This document shows positions 7,310 through 15,976 of a stretch of 20,615 nt of DNA, in pieces. Source of the stretch: Terrimicrobiaceae bacterium (GTDB lineage: Bacteria; Verrucomicrobiota; Verrucomicrobiia; Chthoniobacterales; Terrimicrobiaceae). A model generated the notes under the pieces. The model did no database searches. It had not been told where the DNA came from and saw only the letters and a program-made list of their open reading frames with translations. The DNA is taken from contig JBGSVZ010000033.1 in NCBI GenBank assembly GCA_041752695.1, positions 1-20,615 of the forward strand, in the 5' to 3' direction. The stretch's first letter is position 1; each line of letters begins with the position of its first letter. The translations under genes were made by a program, and so were the position numbers.

Positions 7310-10300
7310 GAGAGCTGCGGAACAAGATCTTGGCCGGGGCGGACGGGGGGGAAGTTTCGGATGGGCGTAGCGTCTTTGGTTCGGTCGAAACGGCTGCGCA
7401 CGGCGGCAAAAATCACCGGCACCAGGAACAGGGAAGCCAGGGTGCCAAACACGAGGCCGCCAATCACCGCGCGACCAAGAGGGGCATTTTGCTCGCCCCC
7501 CTCGGCATGGCCAATCGCCATGGGAATCACGCCCAAAATCATGGCGAGGGCGGTCATCAGCACCGGCCGCAGCCGCGTCGTTGCGGCCTCCATGGCGGCG
7601 GCAGGGGCGTCGAGGCCCTCGTCTGTCCGGTTTTTGGCAAAGGTCGTCACCAGGACACTGTTGGCCGTCGAGACCCCCACCACCATGATGATTCCCATCA
7701 GGGCGGGAACACTAAGGGGCGTGCCAAGAAGCCAGAGGGAAAACAACGCGCCGGAGATCGCCACCGGCAGACCACTAATAGCGACGAAAGGAAGGGTCCA
7801 GGATTGAAAATTCACGACCATGACCAGAAACACCAGCACGGCAGCAAGACCGAGACCGCCAAGGAGTTCGGAATACGAGGTGCGCATGAGGGCCGCCTGA
7901 CCGGCCAACTCGATGCGGTTGCCGGGTTTTAGCTGGCCCCGGAGCCCGGTGAGGATCTTTTCTAGATCCGCCGCCACCCCGCCAAGGTCGCGGCCATAGA
8001 CATTTCCAACCACGGTGAAGGTCGGCTGGAGCATGGTTCGCGACACGCTGGCCGGCGAACGTTTTTCCGACACGGTGGCAAACGCGCGCAGGGGGACACC
8101 GGCGGCTGATCCGACAGAGGGACGGACGATGAGGTTGAGAAGGTCTTCCACCGAATCCAAGTTCGTCGGCGGCGCTATCACCTGCACGTCGTAGGACGAT
8201 CCGGTGGCGGGATCCGACCAATAGTTGGGGCTGACCGTTCCGCCACTCCCCAGCGCCGCCAAGACGGCGCGGGAGGCGTCCTGCTGGGTAATGCCAAACG
8301 TGGCCGCACGCACGCGGTCGACCTTGATAGCGTAGCCCGGTTGATCGAGCACTTCGCGGAAGGTCACATCGGCCGCCCCCCGAATCTCGGAGAACTGCTT
8401 TTGCAGGTCCCGGGCCACGGCAAGGTTGCCCGGCCGGTCGCGTCCGATGATGCGCACTTCAAAAGCGGTCGGCGCACCGGAAGACAGAGTCTGACTGGTG
8501 GCATCCGCGGGTTGGAAGAACGCCTGAACCTGGGGAAATTTTTCCTTCAGAACGCCACGAATTTTCTCCTCGTAGGCCATGCTGGCCTGATGGTCGCCAT
8601 GCAACTGGATGAGGATTTCCCCGTCGGATGAACTAATGGCGGAGGTCGGCACCCATGCCAGATTGACGGGATTGGGGGCCCCGATGTTTTCCACGATGAA
8701 CTGCAATTCGGCGGGAGGAATGAGAGCGCGAATTTCTCGCTGCAAATCCGCCATCACCCGCGCGGTTTCCTCCACCCTGAGGCCACTGGGAACCCGCACA
8801 AAAAGACGAATAAGTCCGGCATCGGTTTTGGGAAAAAACTCCCGACCCGATTGGGCCGCGGCGAAGAGCCCGAGCCCAAGGGCCAGCCCGACGGGTGCGA
8901 GCAGCAGTAACTTCCGCCGCAAGAGAAACTGTAACAGCCCACGCTGCCGCTCCATCACCCAGTCCAGGGCAGACTCAATAGCGTGGTGGACGCGGGCCAG
9001 TCCGCGAGGCGGACGAACGTGCGCTTTTTTCGCGGCCGCCAATTCAGCCGGCAGAATAAGGGAAGCGAGGGTGGGAACCAGCGTGCGAGCCAGCAGGTAA
9101 CTCGCAATCATGGCAAAAACCACCGCCAAAGCGAGCGGCCGAAAGACATCGGCTGCTGTCCCCGAGAGCAGGAAGATCGGAAGGAAGACGATGCAAATGG
9201 AAATGGTCGAGACAAACTCGGGAAAGGCGACTTCATTCGCGCCGTCGAGAATGGCGGTGCGCACATCCTTGCCCAACCCGATCTGCCGCTTGATGTTCTC
9301 AATTTCCACCAGCGAATTGTCCACCAGAATGCCAATGGCCAGGGCCAGACCGCCCAGGGTCATCAAATTAAACGTCGCCCCGACCAGACTAAGTCCGATG
9401 ATGGAGCAGAGGAGCGCAAGCGGAATGGACGTGAGCACGATCAACGTGGACCTCCATGACCCGAGGAAGAGCAGGACAACGCCGGCCACCAGGGCACCGA
9501 CCAGGAGGATTTCGTGCTCCACCCCTTTGACGGCCGCCCGCACAAAGACGGATTGATCGAAGATCGGCTCGATATGCAGCCCCGGAGGAGCCGAGGCACG
9601 GATCTCGGGAAGGCGGGCGAGGATGCCGTCGATGATTTCCACCGTGGAGGCATTGCCAAGTTTCAGAATGGAAATCATCACGGCGTTCTGGCCGTCGAGA
9701 CGCGCGATATTTGTGGACACTGCTTCGCCGTCGCGCACGTTGGCCACGTCGCGCAGCAGCACAGTGCGGCCTTCCACGGAGCGCAGAGGAATATCCAGAA
9801 AGGCCTGCACCGTTTCGGGACTCGCGTTGATTTCCACCGGCAGTTCCCGCTCGCCCTCCCGTAGGGACCCGGAGGGCAAAGTGAGGTTTTGCTGACCGAC
9901 TGCCGCGCTCACCTCCGAGGCAGACAGCCCGAAGGCGTGCAGGGCGTCGGGATCGAGATCGATCATCACCTGGCGGGACGCGCCGCCATAAGGCAGGGAA
10001 ATTCGCAGTCCCGCCACACTCTGAAGCTGCCCTCGCAGCGTGAGACGCGCGTAGTCGAAAAGCTGTCCACTGGAAAGCGTATCCGATGACATCACGAGCT
10101 GGACGATGGGAACGCTGGACGGACTGGTCCGCACGACCAGCGGAGGCGTGGTCCCCGGCGGCATGCGACGCAAAATGGTCTGGGAAACCCCGGTCGCCTG
10201 CGACAGCGCCGTGTTCATATCGACATAGGGCTGGAAGATCAGCCTGACCAACGCGACTCCATTCGAGGTCTCGGAGCGGACCTCGATGAGATCATCCACG

Positions 10301-10521
10301 TTATTCATAATCGCGATCTCGGAGAACGACGTGATTTTCGAAGCCATTTCCGAGGCATTGAGGCCACCGTAAGTCCAAACCAGCGTGATTTCCGGACTAT
10401 CCACCCGCGGCAGAATGTCCGTGGACATGCGCCGTGCGGACATCACCCCGAAGAGCAGGATGATGATCGCCAGGACGGCAATGGAATATTTATAACGAAG
10501 GGCAAATTGGACGATCCACAT
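7306..10521 (-). CDS. RND efflux transporter permease subunit (AcrB/NolG-like)
   Basis: 1071 aa from ATG 10521 (MWIVQFALRY). Motifs: LLFLGSWRSTLIVLTSIPLA, NLMTLGGLALAIGILVDN..VEIENI, TRLRPVLMTALAMILGVIPMA, NAPLGRAVIGGL. The longer 1252-aa ORF overlaps the response regulator and was trimmed. Confidence 0.95.
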   Translation of the reverse strand: MWIVQFALRYKYSIAVLAIIILLFGVMSARRMSTDILPRVDSPEITLVWTYGGLNASEMASKITSFSEIAIMNNVDDLIEVRSETSNGVALVRLIFQPYVDMNTALSQATGVSQTILRRMPPGTTPPLVVRTSPSSVPIVQLVMSSDTLSSGQLFDYARLTLRGQLQSVAGLRISLPYGGASRQVMIDLDPDALHAFGLSASEVSAAVGQQNLTLPSGSLREGERELPVEINASPETVQAFLDIPLRSVEGRTVLLRDVANVRDGEAVSTNIARLDGQNAVMISILKLGNASTVEIIDGILARLPEIRASAPPGLHIEPIFDQSVFVRAAVKGVEHEILLVGALVAGVVLLFLGSWRSTLIVLTSIPLALLCSIIGLSLVGATFNLMTLGGLALAIGILVDNSLVEIENIKRQIGLGKDVRTAILDGANEVAFPEFVSTISICIVFLPIFLLSGTAADVFRPLALAVVFAMIASYLLARTLVPTLASLILPAELAAAKKAHVRPPRGLARVHHAIESALDWVMERQRGLLQFLLRRKLLLLAPVGLALGLGLFAAAQSGREFFPKTDAGLIRLFVRVPSGLRVEETARVMADLQREIRALIPPAELQFIVENIGAPNPVNLAWVPTSAISSSDGEILIQLHGDHQASMAYEEKIRGVLKEKFPQVQAFFQPADATSQTLSSGAPTAFEVRIIGRDRPGNLAVARDLQKQFSEIRGAADVTFREVLDQPGYAIKVDRVRAATFGITQQDASRAVLAALGSGGTVSPNYWSDPATGSSYDVQVIAPPTNLDSVEDLLNLIVRPSVGSAAGVPLRAFATVSEKRSPASVSRTMLQPTFTVVGNVYGRDLGGVAADLEKILTGLRGQLKPGNRIELAGQAALMRTSYSELLGGLGLAAVLVFLVMVVNFQSWTLPFVAISGLPVAISGALFSLWLLGTPLSVPALMGIIMVVGVSTANSVLVTTFAKNRTDEGLDAPAAAMEAATTRLRPVLMTALAMILGVIPMAIGHAEGGEQNAPLGRAVIGGLVFGTLASLFLVPVIFAAVRSRFDRTKDATPIRNFPPVRPGQDLVPQLS

Positions 10522-10560
10522 GAGACACCGGAAAACTATCACCGGTACGACCGGAATGTG

Positions 10561-10628
10561 TGTCACGGACTGGCTTATTTTGTAACGGAGAGTGTCGTCC
10601 TCGCCTGCGACGGATACGCATTGATACA
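10561..10628. promoter_or_regulatory. Putative OmpR-family binding repeats in the divergent promoter
   Basis: TGTCACGGA (10561) and TGTAACGGA (10581) are 20 bp apart. GATACG (10613) and GATACA (10623) are 10 bp apart and have the opposite orientation of the TGTxxC half-site. Confidence 0.55.
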
Positions 10629-10674
10629 CTTTTTGGCATTCCGAGCGGAAAAATCGCAGTATCCTTGACGAACC

Positions 10675-11394
10675 ATGTCCTCCGCCCTGCACATTGCCGT
10701 CATCGACGACCATCGCGACATCCGCGAGTTGCTGGTGCGTTATCTCGGGGAGCACGGGTATCGCGTCAGTGCGGCGGAGAGTGCGGCGGCGTTTCGACGA
10801 CAACTGGAAAACAGTGCGCCGGATTTGCTGGTGCTCGATATTATGATGCCGGGCGAGGACGGGCTCACGCTTTGTCGCGAACTTCGTGCGAAGTCTTCCG
10901 TGCCAATTATTTTTCTCACCGCAATGGCGGACGACACCGACCGGATTGTCGGTCTGGAAATGGGAGCGGACGACTATCTGGTGAAACCCTTCAACCCCCG
11001 GGAGTTGCTGGCCCGCATTAAGGCCGTGATGCGTCGGACGCAAAGTCTGCCCCCCACCCGCCATGTTGTGCGGGCGGAAAAATTGTCCTTTGCCGACAAG
11101 TTGCTCGACCTCAGCCGCCAGGAAGTAACCGGGAGGGATGGTGTGGCGGTACCTTTGAGCAACGCCGAGTTTCGACTGTTGTGTGTTTTTCTCGACCGGC
11201 CGGGCGTGGTTTTATCGCGCGACCAACTGCTCGACCTTACCTCAGGCCGCGCCGCCGAGGTATGGGACCGCAGCATCGACAATCAGGTCAGCCGCCTGCG
11301 CCGAAAAATTGAGGAGGACCCAGCGCAGCCCTTGCTGATCAAGACATGCTGGGGCGACGGGTATCAATTTGTCGGCGAGGTGCAAAAATTATGA
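10675..11394 (+). CDS. OmpR/PhoB-family response regulator
   Basis: Receiver domain VIDDH, VLDIMMPGEDG, FLTA, GADDYLVKPF; winged helix DRSIDNQVSRLRRKIE...IKTCWGDGY. Confidence 0.96.
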   Translation: MSSALHIAVIDDHRDIRELLVRYLGEHGYRVSAAESAAAFRRQLENSAPDLLVLDIMMPGEDGLTLCRELRAKSSVPIIFLTAMADDTDRIVGLEMGADDYLVKPFNPRELLARIKAVMRRTQSLPPTRHVVRAEKLSFADKLLDLSRQEVTGRDGVAVPLSNAEFRLLCVFLDRPGVVLSRDQLLDLTSGRAAEVWDRSIDNQVSRLRRKIEEDPAQPLLIKTCWGDGYQFVGEVQKL

Positions 11395-12803
11395 AACGCC
11401 TTCTGCCCAGCACTTTGGGGGGGCAACTGATCCTGGTGATGTTGCTCGCCGTGGCGATTTCTCAGATTGTCACCCTGGGGATCTACCGGTTGGAACGCGC
11501 CCGAGCCGTCCGCCACGTCGTCGGCGAGGAATGCGTCGGCCGCGCGGTGTCGGCCTTCCGCCTGGCGGAGGGCATTCCGGAGGGCGAGCGGGCCCAAACC
11601 CTGTCGGCCGTGGAAACCCCCCTCACCCGTCTTTGGATCACGGAAGGCGAAATTTCCTCGCCACAGGAATGGCAGAAAGAGGCCCGCAAGCATCTCCTGG
11701 AGCCTACCTCGGCCATCGGACGGCATTCCTCGACCGCCAGCCTCTTTTTGCACGACCCCATGCTTGCGGAAGTCTCGGATTCGTCATGGACGGACCTTCC
11801 CGCCGGCTCGTGGCTTTTGCAGCAACCCATCCGCGTGCTCGATCTGGCGGCCTGGAACGGTTTCGGATTTTCCATGCGGCTCGATGGCAAGAACTGGCTC
11901 AACATGGTCTATGCCAAACCGGGTGCCTTGATGCAGGTGAGTCTGACGCCGGGATATTATACGGCCCTGGTCATCACCGTCCTGATCTTTGCCGGTGCGG
12001 CCATCTTTATTGCCCGCCGCATTTCGCGCCCCCTCCGTCACCTGGCAAAATCCGCGGAGGACCTGGGCCGCGGTCAGGAACTTGCCGTTTTGGAGGAGGA
12101 GGGACCAGACGACATCCGATCCACTATCGCGGCGTTTAATCGCATGCAGGTGCGACTGCGGCGATTTCTGGAAGACCGCACACGTATGCTCGCGGCCATC
12201 GGCCACGATTTGCGCACGCCGATCACTTCCCTGCGTTTGCGCACCGAGTTCATCGCCGACGCGGAGATGCGCGAAAAATTCCATGCCACGCTCGATGAGA
12301 TGCAAAGCATGGCCGAGGCCGCTCTGTCCCTGGTGCAGTCGGAATCCCCGGCCGAGACCACGCGCGTGGTGGAAGTGAACGCGCTGCTGGAAAGCATCTG
12401 CGACGACCTTGCCGAACTCGGCTGGAAAGTGGAGTTCACCAGCAACCGCCGACTTCCCTACCCATGCCGTCCGGCGGCCCTGCGGAGGGCGGTGCGCAAC
12501 GTGATTGAAAATGCGGTGCGTTACGGGGATATCGCCCGGGTGTCCTTACAGCCTTCCGGAGAGGGCCTCGAGATTCTGGTCGAGGACGATGGGCCCGGCA
12601 TTCCGGAGGCAGATCGCGACAAGGTGTTTGAACCGTTTGTGCGCCTGGAAAATTCCCGAAACCGGGATACCGGCGGAGCGGGACTTGGCCTCGCCCTCGC
12701 GCGATCAATTGTGCGCAACCACGGAGGGGATATTACCCTCGCGCAGACCGGGAAGGGGCTGCGCGTCGTTATCCATCTTCCAGGCTCTCCCGCCAACGGA
12801 TAA
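11391..12803 (+). CDS. Membrane sensor histidine kinase (HAMP-HisKA-HATPase)
   Basis: 470 aa from ATG 11391 (ATGA overlap with the regulator). Two TM segments, HAMP (ISRPLRHLA...EGPDDI..AFNRM), H-box GHDLRTPIT, N-box NVIENAVRYG, EDDGPGIP and GGAGLGLAL. Confidence 0.95.
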   Translation: MKRLLPSTLGGQLILVMLLAVAISQIVTLGIYRLERARAVRHVVGEECVGRAVSAFRLAEGIPEGERAQTLSAVETPLTRLWITEGEISSPQEWQKEARKHLLEPTSAIGRHSSTASLFLHDPMLAEVSDSSWTDLPAGSWLLQQPIRVLDLAAWNGFGFSMRLDGKNWLNMVYAKPGALMQVSLTPGYYTALVITVLIFAGAAIFIARRISRPLRHLAKSAEDLGRGQELAVLEEEGPDDIRSTIAAFNRMQVRLRRFLEDRTRMLAAIGHDLRTPITSLRLRTEFIADAEMREKFHATLDEMQSMAEAALSLVQSESPAETTRVVEVNALLESICDDLAELGWKVEFTSNRRLPYPCRPAALRRAVRNVIENAVRYGDIARVSLQPSGEGLEILVEDDGPGIPEADRDKVFEPFVRLENSRNRDTGGAGLGLALARSIVRNHGGDITLAQTGKGLRVVIHLPGSPANG

Positions 12804-12805
12804 AA

Positions 12806-13525
12806 TCAGCGCTCGCTGACAATGTCGGATGTTTTCAACTCGACCTTTTTGCCATCGGCCGTGCGGATCCAGGTCACCGCATCGTCCCGCGCGACCACCA
12901 GGCCAGTGAAGGTTTTTCCACTCTTCACCGTGAAGGTTTTCGGCTCACGCGGAACGGCGGGCCCGTTCAGCGGAGCCTGGGAAGGACGGGGGGCTTGGGG
13001 GACCGGCAACACCGCCTGATCGGCTTTCACGACAACCTTTTCCCCGCGGCAGACCTGACATCCCGCCTTGCCACTGCCCTGGCAAACTTTGCAAACCACC
13101 GTGGTCCGTGCATTGCAAACTTTGCAGGGACCCAACGCGTAAAATTTTCCCAGCCGCACTTCATACACCTCACCGACATGAGCCTGACCAACGCCCTGAC
13201 TTCCCCCGTTGACCCGGTAAATCATGAAAAGTTTGTTAGGGTCCTGACCCTCCATCCTCTGCCAGCCGGCGTCGGAAAGTTTCAGACAGGGACCCGGACA
13301 GGGGACCCGGCCTTCGCTGCAGCGATGCGCCGTGCAAGTGACCTGTCCGGTGGCCAGACACCGTTTGCAGGGAGTGAGTTCGCGGCCCTGCGCGTCTTTC
13401 GTCGGAAGTCCTCCTTCCATGGGCTGTACGAAAGCTTCCAACGGATTGTCGCGATGGACGATGTAATTGTAGGAAAAATACCCCACCACACCGGCAAACA
13501 CTAAGAGGGCGAGCAGGGTTTTCAC
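12806..13525 (-). CDS. Hypothetical membrane-anchored protein with six Cys pairs (DnaJ-type zinc-finger-like repeats) and a small C-terminal beta domain
   Basis: GTG start at 13525 (TTG at 13534 is an alternative). Hydrophobic N-terminus KTLLALLVFAGVVGYFSY. Cys region CKRCLATGQVTCTAHRCSEGRVPCPGPC...CKVCNARTTVVCKVCQGSGKAGCQVCRGEK, then a Pro-rich linker and TFTVKSGKTFTGLVV..DD..TWIRTADGKKVELKTSDI. Confidence 0.8.
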   Translation of the reverse strand: MKTLLALLVFAGVVGYFSYNYIVHRDNPLEAFVQPMEGGLPTKDAQGRELTPCKRCLATGQVTCTAHRCSEGRVPCPGPCLKLSDAGWQRMEGQDPNKLFMIYRVNGGSQGVGQAHVGEVYEVRLGKFYALGPCKVCNARTTVVCKVCQGSGKAGCQVCRGEKVVVKADQAVLPVPQAPRPSQAPLNGPAVPREPKTFTVKSGKTFTGLVVARDDAVTWIRTADGKKVELKTSDIVSER

Positions 13526-13530
13526 CGGAT

Positions 13531-14712
13531 TCAATCGGATTTGCTCAGTCGCTCCACCGGTTTGTCCCACAGGAGCGCGTGCGCCTCTTTCAGCGTCTCC
13601 GGAATCCGGCTGGCAAAGGGGCTGGCCTGCACGGCCTTTGCCACCGCAGCCTCATCCATCTCCCCGGCGTTTTTGCCGGGGAACCAATGATCGGCATTGC
13701 CCAGCAGATTGTAGCGCATCTTCCCGAACGCCACCATGTCGAGGGACTTGGCAAAGTTCCAAAGCCGCAGAATTTCCCAGACATTCACCTCGCCCGGCAC
13801 ATCCTCCCACCGGGGAATCCCTTCCTGCCAGCGCGCGCACCAATCCGACCCGAGGGATTCCTCCATCGCGGCGTGCAGCTTTTCCTTGATGGGCGAAACG
13901 ATTTCCTCCGCCTGGTCCAGCAGGCTCAGAGCGTGCAGATGTTCGTCGAAATCTTCCGGTCGGGCCACACCAAGGCTAAGGGTGTGGACCTCGGGTCGCA
14001 GCAGACAGAAGAGGTCGTTAAAAGCCATGGGCGAATGCGGCGCGCAGAGGCGACTCAGTTTTTCCGGTGGCTCGTAAAGTTTCCCGCCCTTGTCATTCGG
14101 GCTGATGATGAAAACCCCCATGTCATGCCGCCGGGCCGCTTCGATGGCGGGCCAGTTGCTTTGATTGACCCAGTACCAATGCAGATTCACGTAGTCGAAC
14201 TCCCCAGTCTCGATGGCCGCGACGATCACATCACAGGGAGCGTGGGTGGAAAATCCCAGATGGCGCGCGCGGCCTTCGGCCTGCAATTTCCGGCCCGCTT
14301 CCAACGCGCCGCCCTTGGCCAGGGTGCGTTCGAGCAGTTCGCCCGTATTGATCCCGTGGAAGGAGAGCAGGTCCACATGATCAAGGCGCAGACGGGACAT
14401 GCTCAGATCGAAGGTCTGGAGAAACTCCTCCGCGATAGCCGGGGCGACCTTGGTCTGCACGATCAGATCCTCCCGCGGCAGATCCGGCAGGATGCGTCCA
14501 AGTTGCACCTCGGAGGAACCATATCCTCGCGCGGTCTCGATGTGATTGATGCCCAGCTCCAGCGACCGCGCGACACACCGTTCGATCAGGTCCTGGCTCT
14601 CGGCGGAGATTTTTTCCCAATCCTCATCCTGCCAGCTCTGCTGGTAACGCATTCCCCCACAGGAAAAGACGGGCATGGAAAGCCCGGTGCGTCCAAATCG
14701 GCGGTATTTCAT
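13531..14712 (-). CDS. Aldo/keto reductase family oxidoreductase (COG1453-like)
   Basis: MKYRRFGRTGL.MPVFSCGGMR, GINHIETARGYG.SE, VQTK, SRLRLDHVDLLSFHG, GRARHLGFSTH, DMGVFIISPNDKGGKL. ATGA overlap with the upstream methyltransferase. Confidence 0.92.
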   Translation of the reverse strand: MKYRRFGRTGLSMPVFSCGGMRYQQSWQDEDWEKISAESQDLIERCVARSLELGINHIETARGYGSSEVQLGRILPDLPREDLIVQTKVAPAIAEEFLQTFDLSMSRLRLDHVDLLSFHGINTGELLERTLAKGGALEAGRKLQAEGRARHLGFSTHAPCDVIVAAIETGEFDYVNLHWYWVNQSNWPAIEAARRHDMGVFIISPNDKGGKLYEPPEKLSRLCAPHSPMAFNDLFCLLRPEVHTLSLGVARPEDFDEHLHALSLLDQAEEIVSPIKEKLHAAMEESLGSDWCARWQEGIPRWEDVPGEVNVWEILRLWNFAKSLDMVAFGKMRYNLLGNADHWFPGKNAGEMDEAAVAKAVQASPFASRIPETLKEAHALLWDKPVERLSKSD

Positions 14713-15785
14713 AAGAGTTCGAGAAGTGTTGCCACTTCGATTTCGGCGGTTTGCGGAAACATGTCAACTGGTCTTGCCCGCTTCACCCGGTAGGCCCCCT
14801 TCAGCCGCTTGATATCCCGAGCCAGGGTACCGGGGTTACAGGAAACGTAGAGCAGGCGGGCCGGACGACGCTGCAGGAGCATCGCGATCACCTCGGCTTC
14901 CAGTCCCTCCATCGGCGGATCGAGCAACACCAGGGTCCCCTCCGCCGCCGCCACCTCCATCGCGGAAACGAGATGAATTTTCACATCGCCTAATAAATAG
15001 GTTTCCCCCTCCCCCGCTTTTTCCCGCGCCGCCCGGATGGCATCCGTGCTCCACTCGATACCCACGGTCTGGTGAAACATTCCCTTAAGCCGCCCGGCGA
15101 AAAATCCCGCGCCGCAATACGCATCGACCAGCAGAGCTCCACCCGGAGCGGCCATGTCGGCCACCACGTCGACCAGCGCCTGGGCCGCGGAATCGTTCAC
15201 CTGCCGGAACCCCCGAAATTCCCCCGGTTCGCGCAGAGGATATTCGCCGTCCCGCGGACGCGTCGCACGCAGTTCGGTGAGCGTTCCATTAACCGCCTCG
15301 GACGCAATCGGGCAGTTCAACACGTCGACCACATTCCGGCTGCGCGCGCCAAAAAATCCCACCGCCCCTTTCCGCACGTGGACCGTCACGCGGTTCCGAT
15401 AAGCGAACTCGTCCGGTGACGGCACCGTAGGCTCCACCTCCAGTCCCTCCACCCCGCCAAGGCGCCGAAGCACATCCACCACCTGATCCCGCTTGAGCAG
15501 GAGCTGCCGCGCATAGGTCATGTGTTGATACTGACACCCCCCGCATCGGCCGAAGACCGTACAAGGTGGCGTGACGCGATCGGGTGACGCCTCCACCAGA
15601 TTCTCCAACTCGGCCTCCGCATAGCTGGCCTTCTCCCGCACAATCCGCACGGTCACGCGTTCGCCGGGAATCACCCGGGGCACGAAGCAGACCTTGCCAT
15701 TTTCCAGACGAATCAGCCCTTGTCCCCCAAAGGCCACTTGCTCGACAATCAGAGGATTTTTCAAGCGGGCAGTATTGCAACTCAC
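14709..15785 (-). CDS. TrmA/RlmD-family RNA (uracil-5)-methyltransferase with TRAM domain
   Basis: TRAM domain (VAFGGQGL...FVPRVIPGERV), Fe-S motif CTVFGRCGGCQYQH...C, FRQVN, SAM motif DAYCGAGFF, LLDPP, catalytic YVSCNPGTLARD and VDMFPQT.EIE. The start codon is uncertain. Confidence 0.92.
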   Translation of the reverse strand: MSCNTARLKNPLIVEQVAFGGQGLIRLENGKVCFVPRVIPGERVTVRIVREKASYAEAELENLVEASPDRVTPPCTVFGRCGGCQYQHMTYARQLLLKRDQVVDVLRRLGGVEGLEVEPTVPSPDEFAYRNRVTVHVRKGAVGFFGARSRNVVDVLNCPIASEAVNGTLTELRATRPRDGEYPLREPGEFRGFRQVNDSAAQALVDVVADMAAPGGALLVDAYCGAGFFAGRLKGMFHQTVGIEWSTDAIRAAREKAGEGETYLLGDVKIHLVSAMEVAAAEGTLVLLDPPMEGLEAEVIAMLLQRRPARLLYVSCNPGTLARDIKRLKGAYRVKRARPVDMFPQTAEIEVATLLELL

Positions 15786-15976
15786 TCACCCCCCTCAAAT
15801 AAAAAATCGAAAATGAATTTGACGGTAAGGAGAGCTGGCATATCCCCCCCATATCGGCATGGGGGGTCCCAATGTCTGCCGTTGGAAACGGGGGACAAAT
15901 CGCAATAGACAGATCCCCCGCGACAACACCCAGGAGCGGAAAGAAAAGCTTTTGATCTGAGAACTCGACCGCTTGA

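Noticed and set aside
10522..11064. N-terminal extension making the RND ORF 1252 aa
   Set aside because: It overlaps the response regulator on the opposite strand and the promoter repeats; RND homology begins at MWIVQFAL (10521).
12900..13400. Calling the Cys-rich protein DnaJ or a multiheme cytochrome
   Set aside because: There is no J domain or HPD motif and no CxxCH heme-binding motif.
13579..14793. 404-aa antisense ORF (also 6404-7807, 17073-17990, 18220-19320, 19137-20303, 997-1710, 2495-3472, 3608-4471)
   Set aside because: These are shadow ORFs opposite well-supported genes in GC-rich DNA and have no recognisable motifs.
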